Assembly (NCBI GenBank): GCA_038729485.1
Contig: JAVYRX010000002.1
Location: forward strand, 124,739 to 188,738
From: Thermoplasmatales archaeon
GTDB taxonomy: Archaea > Thermoplasmatota > Thermoplasmata > Thermoplasmatales > GCA-001856825
Length of the DNA stretch: 64,000 nucleotides
Direction of reading: 5' to 3'
Below are positions 27,713-36,683 of this stretch, in pieces. Position numbers and translations under genes: made by a program. The notes under the pieces were generated by a model. It made no database searches. It was not told the DNA's origin and saw nothing but the letters and a program-made list of their open reading frames with translations. How positions within the stretch are numbered: the stretch's first letter is position 1; the number at the start of each line of letters is the position of its first letter.

Positions 27713-29089
27713 ATGGAAGAAGAATTAGAAGATGATTTCTCAGTCTGGTACAACAACATAATAGAGAAGACAGGACTAACAGACAAACGTTATCCCGTCA
27801 AGGGGCTTAATGTCTGGCCGCCATACGGTTGGGCGCTGATGAGAAACGTGGATTCCATCATAAGGGAAAAATTTCAAGAGAAAGGCTACAAAGAGGTGAA
27901 CTTTCCAACTCTTATACCCAAAAGCCAATTCGACAAAGAAGCTGAACATATCAAAGGGTTTTCAAATGAGGTTTATTGGGTGACTAGGGGAGGCTCTTCC
28001 GAACTTGAAGAGAAGCTAGCTCTGAGACCAACAAGTGAAACAGCGATGTACCCAGTGTTCTCGCTTTGGGTCAGAAGCCATTCAGATCTGCCACTTAAGA
28101 TATTCCAGATCGTTAATACGTTCCGTTATGAAACAAAACAAACGAGAACATTCATCAGGGTAAGGGAGATACATTTCATAGAAGGACATACATGCCATGA
28201 AGATTTCGAAGATTCTGAGAGGCAAATAGAGGACGATGTACAAATTTGGAAGGGAATTGCAGACAGCATATCCATACCTTACACAATGCTGAGAAGACCT
28301 GATTGGGACAAATTCCCAGGCGCGTTTTACACCATTGGCGTGGATACAATACTTCCTTCAGGGAGAAGCCTTCAGATTGCAACAATACACCAATATAAAG
28401 AGAATTTCTCAAGAGCTTACGATATAATGTATACGGATCAAGATGGACAGAGAAAATACGTTCACCAGACCACGTTCGGAATTTCCGAGAGATTAATTGC
28501 TGCCATAGTAGGGATACATGGTGACAAGAAAGGCCTTATATTGCCGCCGTCAGTTGCACCTATACAGGCAGTAATAGTTCCAATCCCGGGCGAAGGGGTA
28601 ATAGAATATGCAAGGGATATATTAAACATCCTGAGATCAAAAGGGATAAGAGCTGAACTTGATGAAAGAGAACAATATACCCCAGGATGGAAATTCAACG
28701 ACTGGGAAGAGAAGGGTGTTCCGGTGAGACTAGACATTGGCAGGGAGGAGGCAGGTTCGAATTCTGTTACAATCAGCCTTAGAACGGGAGGTAAAAGGAA
28801 AGTAAAGCTGTCATCCCTCGTAAGATCTGTTAAAAACTCGTTTGAAGAGATAAAAGATACCCTCTATAAAAGAGCGGAAGAGAAGCTGCAGAACTTTCTG
28901 ATAGAAATAGACGATCTTGGTAAGGCTACTGGCACCGGACCAAACGTGATTTGCTGGTGTGGCAGAAAAGAGTGTGCTGACAAGATAGAAACCACGGGAA
29001 AATCTATACTTGGCTCCCTTGGTGGAGAGGGTAGCTGCATCGTTTGCGGCTCAAATGGGAAGAAGACCATAATTTCAAGAAAATACTGA
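27713..29089 (+). CDS. proS: Proline--tRNA ligase (archaeal/eukaryotic type)
   Basis: 458 aa with class II motif 2 TFRYETKQTRTFIRVREIHFIEGH and a C-terminal Zn-binding Cys cluster. Confidence 0.9.
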   Translation: MEEELEDDFSVWYNNIIEKTGLTDKRYPVKGLNVWPPYGWALMRNVDSIIREKFQEKGYKEVNFPTLIPKSQFDKEAEHIKGFSNEVYWVTRGGSSELEEKLALRPTSETAMYPVFSLWVRSHSDLPLKIFQIVNTFRYETKQTRTFIRVREIHFIEGHTCHEDFEDSERQIEDDVQIWKGIADSISIPYTMLRRPDWDKFPGAFYTIGVDTILPSGRSLQIATIHQYKENFSRAYDIMYTDQDGQRKYVHQTTFGISERLIAAIVGIHGDKKGLILPPSVAPIQAVIVPIPGEGVIEYARDILNILRSKGIRAELDEREQYTPGWKFNDWEEKGVPVRLDIGREEAGSNSVTISLRTGGKRKVKLSSLVRSVKNSFEEIKDTLYKRAEEKLQNFLIEIDDLGKATGTGPNVICWCGRKECADKIETTGKSILGSLGGEGSCIVCGSNGKKTIISRKY

Positions 29090-29095
29090 CCTGTT

Positions 29096-29302
29096 TTAAC
29101 TCACGCCAACTTCTTCCCTCATTTTGAGCCTTGAGACTACTACTCCCAATATACCAAAGAGAATGAGTATCACGGATATGGAGTATAGGCCTATATCATT
29201 CCAGTCACCGTAAGTTATAGACCAGCCTAAGTAGAACACTACAGCGCCTACGACCAATATCAGGGACAAGTATTCAAGTACCCTGTTGCCTGTCACTTTC
29301 AT
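29096..29302 (-). CDS. Small membrane protein (two predicted TM helices)
   Basis: 68-aa ORF with two hydrophobic stretches and no recognisable family. Confidence 0.4.
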   Translation of the reverse strand: MKVTGNRVLEYLSLILVVGAVVFYLGWSITYGDWNDIGLYSISVILILFGILGVVVSRLKMREEVGVS

Positions 29303-29320
29303 TTAATCTACATTGTGACC

Positions 29321-29335
29321 TACCATAAATTAATT
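29321..29335. repeat. Left copy of the direct repeat bounding the tRNA-Val-proximal island (TACCATAAATTAATT)
   Basis: It matches 32802-32815 (TACCATAAATAATT) in the same orientation with one 1-nt indel. Confidence 0.4.
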
Positions 29336-29876
29336 TTCGCTTTGGAATATAGATTGCTCCAGAAAAGTTAATTTATATCAACTAAAATGATCTTACAGGC
29401 AAGAAGAGATCATTGTTTTTAAGTTTCATTGGAGGAGAAAAAGATTGATGCCCCTTGAAAGCCATAATGGATTAGCATTAGGTGGGCACTTATCTCCGCA
29501 CATGCCAAAAATGAGGGTTGCCTAAATCCGGAAAAAGAAATTATCAGATGCTTTTGAAGATGTTGCCAGAGACTTTAGTGACTAAAGATGTTTACATAAA
29601 AAAGGCCGACTAACCCTGTGAAGAGACTTTTAAAGATACAGGAAGATTTTCATGATCGTGGACAAAATTTCAGTAAGTTTGACATCATATATCTTTCGAA
29701 GAGGAAGATAAAGACGGAAAAAATAAATTTCCGATTATTACTAAATATTGTTTATTCATATAATCGCCACATATGAATTATATAATATCAATGAACATCA
29801 CTATTCTCAGCCACTGGAATCTTTAGAGAGAGCCATTTATTCCTATACTTCATTTGCCACAATTTTAAGTTAAAAT

Positions 29877-30505
29877 TTAGTGTCCTTTTGATCTACCTGT
29901 AGGTGAATATTTTGAACATTTATGATAGCCTTCTTGCGTGGCCTTTTCCATCAATTTCCCATATTTCAGCTTCGTAGGAAATATTGCTGAGCCCGCATTT
30001 CTTCTTTCCTAATCCCTGCAATGCTTCCCTTTATAATGGATCCATCATTTTTTGTCCTGTGTTTTATTTCATATTTCTCAGAGTCGAATGTGAAAATTTT
30101 ACCTTTAGTTTCCAGTTATTAATTGCGTATTTCATCAAATTTAATAACCGGTGGGTTTCCCATGGAAAAAGTATCGTGATTCTGTGTTTTGCCTTCATCT
30201 TCCTATAGATATATGCCTAGAATAGTTCATAAGCATATGGGTAGTTTGTCCAAAGCACACATTCCAGGATTCCTTCTGAGAAAACTTCAAAAGGCTTTAT
30301 TCTTCTAAAGATAAGCTCAACAGGGAGACCGGGCTTCAAAGCATCATAACCAGTTCTATGTACTACAATATCGTCTTGAAGTTTATATGTACGGAAAAAT
30401 CAACTCTTTTTGCTTCTCATACCCTCTATATAAAGGAATCCCGAACCGCTTGCCTTTACTTGTTTCATATCTGCTGGGAGAGAAACGTTTTCTTTTTTGT
30501 CGCAT
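29877..30505 (-). pseudogene. Frameshifted or stop-interrupted gene debris immediately downstream of the methyltransferase (possible dead partner gene)
   Basis: My hand translation gives consecutive minus-strand pieces in different frames: MRQKRKRFSPSRYETSKGKRFGIPLYRGYEKQKELIFPYI*, then LQDDIVVHRTGYDALKPGLPVELIFRRIKPFEVFSEGILECVLWTNYPYAYELF*, and further pieces. No intact ORF of 60 aa or more is present. Confidence 0.3.
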
Positions 30506-30585
30506 GAACTAGTTCCAAAAAAATTATATTGAGAGTGTACGGGCAATGTTTGTTTATTAACGATAAAAGATTCGCACTCATTTAA

Positions 30586-31716
30586 TTAACCTTTCTTAAA
30601 TATAAAAATATATTCGTGTTTAAAAACATAATACTCACCGAGCAAAGCTCTGTATCTCCACAACTCTTTTTGATTCATTTTTCCACGTGTTTCATCAAAG
30701 TTCTTAACCACTATACTTTTGAGGGTAAATCCTGATTTCATTATCACCTGCATAGAATAAAATCCTAGGGGAATCCACTGACCAGATTCATATTTATCAC
30801 CAATAACAATAGCCAGATATCTATCGTTGTCGAGTATATCCCGGCATTTTTTGACAGAATTTCCTAGCCTTAGGAGAAAATCGTTTAATGACAGTGCATT
30901 TGATAAGTCCTTCTTATTATCACTAAACCTAATAATATCATAATAAGGAGGGTGCATAATCACCAGTTGCACAGACTCAATTCCTATCTCAGAAAGTAGT
31001 GATCTATAGTCTAGTTCGACACTATCACCGACTATGATTTTAGTTTCAACGTTTCCTTGGATTTTCTCCCTATCTACACGTTCCTCAGCTCTTTTGGCTA
31101 CTTCTTCATTCAATTCTATTCCGATACCATTCCTGCCGAGCCTTCTGCATTCTATTAACGTTGTCCCGCTACCCACAAAGGGGTCAAATACCCACTCACC
31201 CCTCTTAGAATACCTCTGGATAAGCTGATTAGGAATCTGTGGAATGAAATTTCCCCAATACCAACCGAGGTGTTCTCCTGACGTATCTCGCTTATCGAAT
31301 AACCAGAGGCTATCTGTTATGATATTTTCGTATTCTCTCCAGCGGTTAAGGTTGATGTCATTAATCCTTCCATACTTGATATCATTGAGGGAATTCACAA
31401 GCCTATTGATATAATGTTTCATTCTTTCAGATGTGTAGGAACTTATAATTTGATCTAGATCTCTTACTAGGCTTCCTGTCTCTATTTTGCTTTCCTCTCC
31501 TGTTCCCAGATCTTTTTCCCAAGAATCTTCTGATGAACTTAGAAGTTCTAACTTTAGAGATAATATACGTTCTCTAATGACCTTTGCATCGTCTAATTGC
31601 ATGACTGAATTTAAAAATGATATCATCTTATTCTTATTGAGTCTTGGCCTTTCTTTATCCAAGGTTACCCTTTTCGAGTTGAATACCTTTTTTTGATTAT
31701 TTGCCTCGTTCTCCAT
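30586..31716 (-). CDS. SAM-dependent amino-methyltransferase (N6-A/N4-C DNA methylase-like), orphan
   Basis: 376 aa. Motif I block FDPFVGSGTTLIECRRLGRNGIGIELN is followed about 75 aa later by a motif IV-like IMHPPYYDIIRFSD. Confidence 0.75.
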   Translation of the reverse strand: MENEANNQKKVFNSKRVTLDKERPRLNKNKMISFLNSVMQLDDAKVIRERILSLKLELLSSSEDSWEKDLGTGEESKIETGSLVRDLDQIISSYTSERMKHYINRLVNSLNDIKYGRINDINLNRWREYENIITDSLWLFDKRDTSGEHLGWYWGNFIPQIPNQLIQRYSKRGEWVFDPFVGSGTTLIECRRLGRNGIGIELNEEVAKRAEERVDREKIQGNVETKIIVGDSVELDYRSLLSEIGIESVQLVIMHPPYYDIIRFSDNKKDLSNALSLNDFLLRLGNSVKKCRDILDNDRYLAIVIGDKYESGQWIPLGFYSMQVIMKSGFTLKSIVVKNFDETRGKMNQKELWRYRALLGEYYVFKHEYIFIFKKG

Positions 31717-32801
31717 AATAGCAGCAATATATTACCAGTAGGAGCTTAAATATTTTCTAGTTTTATTAAAATTTTTATCAATCCACTCAGTATTTACATA
31801 AAAGTCCCTAAGGTTTTCGTACACTTACAATACTTCAGGCTGAACATTTCTTCAGCTCATCAAGGCATGCAGAGTATTCATTAATAATTTTATTTAACTC
31901 CTCTTCGCTTAATTCTGTTTTGCTTGGGTACATTATTTGAGAACTGAACTCTTTCCTACGTTACAATCATTTATTTTCATCACTTCACGCATGAAGGCCT
32001 CACATAATGGCACTATTGCTGGAATGGAAAAAGTTGTCGACTAATTTAGTCTTGTTGGAACCTTGGCGCCACTTGCAGAGAAGATTCTGGTGAAGCTAAG
32101 TACCGTTTAAATTTACCTCCTTGCTAGCTATTATCGGGTTTTATGAACAAACATTATTACAACTGAGAAAACCCCTAGTAATGTTTCTCTTAGAGAGGAA
32201 TCCTTTCCAGACTGTTTAGCACTAAAGAGAGAAATAGGCGTTGACCCTTATTACAATACAACTACTGAAACAGTTTATAAGAGTGGCATGTTAAAACGTA
32301 AAGCAAATTGACCACAGATTAAAACTTTTGAGAATGACGCAAACTAACGTCGGGGATCAGTTTAGAGTTAAAATGCAAAATACGCTGAATTACTAGATTT
32401 TCATCATATAAAAATTGCTGTCGACAAAATAATATGAGAATAATTAAAGAATCAGGATCTAAGTTCAGTGAAGCGGAAATGGACAAATAGCTTCTTCTAA
32501 ATTTTCTTTGGTTGGAATAGATCGGTAGCAAGTACGTAAGCATGAATGCTAGGTTCCCGATCCCTTCTTAAGCAATCTATCCTTCAAGCCACTATAAATA
32601 GCGGATAATCCGCCGGCACCAGAGAATCATAATACGGAAGACGAATGTATACCGTAGTCCGTGAACTTCATAGCTATACTGCCATAAAATGAAACTTCCC
32701 ATTTGCTGCTTGGAAATATACGCATCATTATTTCTTTCCATTTGATATCTAAACAAAATGCAAGATTAATCTTAAACGCAAATGGTATAATTACAGGACA
32801 A

Positions 32802-32815
32802 TACCATAAATAATT
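32802..32815. repeat. Right copy of the direct repeat, 5 nt from the 3' end of tRNA-Val
   Basis: TACCATAAATAATT; see 29321-29335. Confidence 0.4.
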
Positions 32816-32820
32816 GATAG

Positions 32821-32893
32821 TGGGCCCGGCCGGATTCGAACCGGCGGTCTCCGCCTTGTAAGGGCGACGTCATAGCCGCTAGACCACGAGCCC
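32821..32893 (-). tRNA. tRNA-Val (anticodon UAC)
   Basis: The reverse complement folds as a cloverleaf: acceptor GGGCTCG/CGGGCCC, anticodon stem TCGCC/GGCGG with loop CTTACAA, and T arm GCCGG-TTCGAAT-CCGGC. Confidence 0.9.
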
Positions 32894-32937
32894 TGGTACC
32901 TAATGTTGCTTTTCTAAATAACACTTATCAATATGGA

Positions 32938-34263
32938 TCAGAGAATTGGAAGAAGGTTGTTTATCTCCCAGTCTGTAACGAAAGACCTGAAATCGTCCCA
33001 TTCTTTTTGTTTTATATAGAGGAAGTTCTTGTAAATGTGCTCTCCAAGTACGCTCTTCATCAGTTCGCTATTTCTGAGATGATGAAGGGCCTCACCGAGG
33101 GATTCTGGAAGCTGATCGATCTGCATTTCCTCTCTCTGTCTTGGGGCTAGATGGAATATATCCTGCTCAACCGGGTCAGGGCATTTCAGTTTTTTCTCCA
33201 CGCCATCAAGACCGGCTCCAAGTATTACTGCAAATTGAAGATATGGATTCCCGGCAGAATCTGGTGCTCTAAACTCCAGCCTTTTCTTGATGCCATCGCC
33301 TGCCGGCAGCCGTATCATAGCTGACCTGTTCCTTCTCCCCCAAGCTATGTACACGGGGGCTTCATAACCAGGTACAAGCCTCTTGTATGAATTTACCCAG
33401 GAAGCAATTATGGAAGATATTTCCACGCTATGTTTCAGGACTCCAGCGAGATACTGATAAGCGAAATCAGACAATCCATTTTTATCCTTCTGATCCCAGA
33501 AGAAATTCTTGTCCTCGGACGGTGACATTATGCTTTGATGTATATGCATCCCTGTACCATTAATTCCATAGAATGGCTTGGGCATAAAAGTCGCGTATAA
33601 ACCGAATCTCGATGCAACTGTCTTAATTGCGGTCCTCATCGTAATGATCCTGTCCGCCATCGCAAGGGCTGGCGCATATCGAAGATCAATTTCATGCTGT
33701 CCTGGTGAAACCTCGTGATGAGCCGCCTCCGGCATGTAGCCTAATAACTCAAGATAATTCAGTATCTCCTTTTTAACCAATTCTCCCTTATCCAGAGGAC
33801 CGAAGGTGAAATATCCGCCTGAATCGTGCGGCAGATATTTCCCGTCTTTCTGCTCTAATAGGAAGAATTCAAATTCTGGACCTACAAAAAATTCCATACT
33901 CTTCTTGCGTAACCTTTCTAGCTGTTTCTGAAGTATGTACCTCGGATCTCCCATGAACGGCTTGCCTTCGGGCGTCATAATGGAACAGACGAACCTAGCG
34001 GCTTTCCCTCCATCTATCGCCCAAGGAAGTATCTCGAATGACGCATAATCTGGAAATGCCCTCATATCACTCTCTTCTATTGTCGCATATCCCAAAACAG
34101 AAGAGCCGTCAAACAGTACCCCCTCCTCCAGTACTCTCTGAAGCCTATTTCTCGGAATCATCACAGACTTCGGGGTCCCCCGAATATCTGTGAACTGAAA
34201 GTAGAAGTATCTCAAATCCTTCTGGTCCGCTACTTTTACAATCTCCGTAGGGTCATAATCCAT
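32938..34263 (-). CDS. glnA: Glutamine synthetase type I
   Basis: 441 aa with FDGSS, NGTGMHIHQS and RLPA...RLEFRAPD motifs. Confidence 0.9.
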   Translation of the reverse strand: MDYDPTEIVKVADQKDLRYFYFQFTDIRGTPKSVMIPRNRLQRVLEEGVLFDGSSVLGYATIEESDMRAFPDYASFEILPWAIDGGKAARFVCSIMTPEGKPFMGDPRYILQKQLERLRKKSMEFFVGPEFEFFLLEQKDGKYLPHDSGGYFTFGPLDKGELVKKEILNYLELLGYMPEAAHHEVSPGQHEIDLRYAPALAMADRIITMRTAIKTVASRFGLYATFMPKPFYGINGTGMHIHQSIMSPSEDKNFFWDQKDKNGLSDFAYQYLAGVLKHSVEISSIIASWVNSYKRLVPGYEAPVYIAWGRRNRSAMIRLPAGDGIKKRLEFRAPDSAGNPYLQFAVILGAGLDGVEKKLKCPDPVEQDIFHLAPRQREEMQIDQLPESLGEALHHLRNSELMKSVLGEHIYKNFLYIKQKEWDDFRSFVTDWEINNLLPIL

Positions 34264-34285
34264 AATAAGCTAATTACACAACGGT

Positions 34286-34906
34286 TTAAGCTTTTCTCTC
34301 TTTGGTCAAAGGGATAATCTTTGCGTCTACGATCATATATGAATTTTTGTAAAGAAATACAGGATTGAAATCCACCTGATTGTATCGGAGTCTCCCAGCA
34401 AAGTCTGATATCTTCAGGAGAAGATTTACGATCATCTCCCTTTCTGCGGAAAGTCTTCTGTATCCTTTGAAAATGCTTGAAAACTTGAGTTCGTCAATCA
34501 TATCTTCAGCATCGAAATTCGTTAGGGGCAACTTCTTAAACGATACGTCCTTGAAAAGTTCGGCATAGAATCCGCCTAATCCAAAAAGGATTAAATCGCC
34601 GAATGAGGGATCCTTTATGAGCCCAACCATTACCTCTATGCCTTTTGGTGCCATCTCTTCCGCGTACAGTTTCTCTCCCGGAAATTTGGAAGTAAGTTTA
34701 GAAAACGCCGATTTCAATTCTTCCATATTTCTTAGATCTGAGAGAACTGCACCAGCTTCCGTTTTGTGCGTTATGGTCTCAGAACTAACTTTTAGTACTG
34801 CTGGAAAATTTCCTGTGAAATCTTCTGGGGAATTCATTATGAACCTTCTTGGAAGCATGAACCCCTCCCTCTCAAGTCTAGACTTAAACTCAAATTCAGT
34901 CGTCAT
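34286..34906 (-). CDS. acdB: Acetyl-CoA synthetase (ADP-forming) beta subunit (ATP-grasp)
   Basis: 206 aa ATP-grasp-like protein (AVLKVSSETITHKTEAGAV). It overlaps the alpha subunit gene by 11 nt. Confidence 0.75.
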   Translation of the reverse strand: MTTEFEFKSRLEREGFMLPRRFIMNSPEDFTGNFPAVLKVSSETITHKTEAGAVLSDLRNMEELKSAFSKLTSKFPGEKLYAEEMAPKGIEVMVGLIKDPSFGDLILFGLGGFYAELFKDVSFKKLPLTNFDAEDMIDELKFSSIFKGYRRLSAEREMIVNLLLKISDFAGRLRYNQVDFNPVFLYKNSYMIVDAKIIPLTKERKA

Positions 34907-36281
34907 CCTTGAACCTCCGAAGATAGTGCCCTCTCTCTGCCAACGCCATTAAAGAAGAAACGCTTCTCTTGATCGAAGGGTATGTGGGAACTCCGGAAGC
35001 GAGGAGCTTTCTTGTCATCTCCCTTGAATATTTACCCCCAATGGTGCCGACTATCATCGGTATTTCCCCCTCCTTCACGAACCTGGATAGAAAATCCACT
35101 ATCCTCTCCGTTACTCCAAATGTTTGGAATAGAACAAATGCAATTATCCCATCATATTCATTTGACTTTGCGACTTCTGAAATTACAGCTTCGTATTCAT
35201 CATCCGTTGCTTCCGCAGTCATATCTATAGGATTGAAGGGGGAGCCTATTGGCGAGATGTTCTTCCTTATAACACTCACTAATGCATCCGTAGGCTTGTT
35301 AACTGTGAAGCCGCTCCTTTCAAGAAGATCAGTCGCTATCACGCCAACTCCTCCTGCAGACGTGACTACCGCTACTCTTCTTCCCTTCATAGGTCTTGAA
35401 AAAGCAAATGCTGATGCAAAATCTATGAGCTCCACCTCATTATTTGCCTCAACTATGCCGTACTGTCTGAATACCCCTGTCAGAGAAAAGCTCGTTTTCA
35501 TTATCGAACCTGTGTGTAAAGAGGTTGCCCTATTCCCAGCCTCCGTCCTTCCGCCTTTTATCGCAACTATACCCTTGTTTTTTGCTACATCTTTGCACTT
35601 GTTGAGAAAAGAGCCTGCATTTGTTATATTTTCAAGGTAAACTGCGATCGATTTGGTTTTCTCGTCAGCCCCTAGGGCCTCTATTACCTCTGTCTCGTTC
35701 ACGTCAGCTTCATTGCCAATGGAAAAGAATGCAGAAAATCCAATTCCAAGATCTGTGAATTCGTCCATAGTCAGCAAACCAAGGGCCCCGCTTTGTGACA
35801 CGAATCCTATTTTTCCATCGAGGGGAAACTCGCTTTTCTCTTCTGATGTTAATGCTGTATTTAGTCCATTCCTTGGAATTATAATGCCCACAGTATTTGG
35901 TCCTATAATTCGCATTCCAGATTTTGAAGCTATGTCTCTCATTTCTTCTTCTGTCTTCTTCCCCGACACACCCTGTTCTCTAAAGCCGCCCGCCACCGGT
36001 ATAGAAAATTTGCATCCTTTTATGGAGAGCGCTTTTATTATATCTAAAGTCTTACTTGCAGGAAGCGCTATAACGGCTACATCAACGCTTCCGGGGAGGG
36101 ATTCTACACTTTTGTAGCATTTAACCCCTTCAATTTCCTCTGCGTTAGGGTGGACTGCAAGCAACTCCCCTTTGAAATCCTTCTTTAAATTTCTAAGTAT
36201 GACGTTCCCGACTTTATCGCGCTCCCTTGAGGCCCCAACAACGCAAACGCTCTTTGCATCAAATATTTCTGAGATTTTCAT
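34896..36281 (-). CDS. acdA: Acetyl-CoA synthetase (ADP-forming) alpha subunit (CoA-binding/ligase-CoA domains)
   Basis: 461 aa with N-terminal FDAKSVCVVGASRERDKVGN (CoA-binding) and GPNTVGI and SQSGALG motifs. Confidence 0.8.
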   Translation of the reverse strand: MKISEIFDAKSVCVVGASRERDKVGNVILRNLKKDFKGELLAVHPNAEEIEGVKCYKSVESLPGSVDVAVIALPASKTLDIIKALSIKGCKFSIPVAGGFREQGVSGKKTEEEMRDIASKSGMRIIGPNTVGIIIPRNGLNTALTSEEKSEFPLDGKIGFVSQSGALGLLTMDEFTDLGIGFSAFFSIGNEADVNETEVIEALGADEKTKSIAVYLENITNAGSFLNKCKDVAKNKGIVAIKGGRTEAGNRATSLHTGSIMKTSFSLTGVFRQYGIVEANNEVELIDFASAFAFSRPMKGRRVAVVTSAGGVGVIATDLLERSGFTVNKPTDALVSVIRKNISPIGSPFNPIDMTAEATDDEYEAVISEVAKSNEYDGIIAFVLFQTFGVTERIVDFLSRFVKEGEIPMIVGTIGGKYSREMTRKLLASGVPTYPSIKRSVSSLMALAERGHYLRRFKDDD

Positions 36282-36559
36282 ATCTTTGACACCATTTTTT
36301 TCCTCTCCTTCGCTGAATAGCCAGTTACGTCCTCTATGAATTTATTGTAAAGCTTGATCAACATTTCCTGATCGCTGGATGGAGAAGTTTCCGTTTCTAC
36401 CGAGAGTTCTTTCTTGCCAGAAACGTAGGCTCTAACGGTCAATGCTGAAATCGAAGAAACAAAAGCACCATCCTCCTTTTTCACGTTCCGGAAGACATCT
36501 CTCATTTTGTTCTCCACAAATGCATCGCTTATCTCCTTTTTGCACGGATATTTTCTCAT
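36278..36559 (-). CDS. Small hypothetical protein (93 aa) translationally coupled to acdA
   Basis: Its stop overlaps the acdA start (ATGA at 36278-36281). I recognise no family. Confidence 0.5.
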   Translation of the reverse strand: MRKYPCKKEISDAFVENKMRDVFRNVKKEDGAFVSSISALTVRAYVSGKKELSVETETSPSSDQEMLIKLYNKFIEDVTGYSAKERKKMVSKI

Positions 36560-36636
36560 TTTGGCGTTAGTCCTTTAGGATATTAAATACTAATGGAATT
36601 AACATAGCAGATGCGGAACTTGAAATTCTACAATGT

Positions 36637-36650
36637 TTAATATTTATATA
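36637..36650 (+). promoter_or_regulatory. Putative TATA box of the thermosome gene
   Basis: TTTAATATTTATATA-like box about 35 nt upstream of the ATG at 36684. GGGTGA (36672-36677) is a possible SD. Confidence 0.4.
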
Positions 36651-36683
36651 GAAGAACGAATTACCGTTTTAGGGTGAATTCAA

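Noticed and set aside
29386-29420. Hairpin AATGATCT-(13 nt)-AGATCATT followed by GTTTTT
   Set aside because: It looks like an intrinsic terminator, but it lies about 300 nt beyond proS, with an oppositely oriented ORF between. Archaeal termination does not require hairpins. I cannot tie it to any transcript.
29515-29535. GGGTTGCCTAAATCCGGAAAA resembles a tRNA T-arm (compare GGTTCAAATCCGGA of tRNA-Pro), so it might be an att remnant
   Set aside because: Only about 9 contiguous matching bases are present. The orientation is opposite to the neighbouring tRNA-Val and there is no acceptor-stem continuation. The 14-15 nt direct repeat at the island edges is a better att candidate.
29984-30208. 74-aa ORF on the plus strand in the island, and the 74-aa ORF at 32319-32543
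   Set aside because: Both have Phe/Ile/Leu/Asn-rich composition from AT-rich DNA and no motifs. The first is antisense to the more protein-like debris on the minus strand.
34969-35640. Long ORFs antisense to well-supported genes. Examples are 34969-35640 (223 aa), 3840-4418, 7067-7693, 8393-8809, 16179-16616, 45850-46416 and 48846-49442.
   Set aside because: Each lies entirely inside a gene with strong family motifs on the other strand. Each has a Ser/Pro/Leu-rich, low-complexity composition typical of shadow frames, and none has a motif I recognise.
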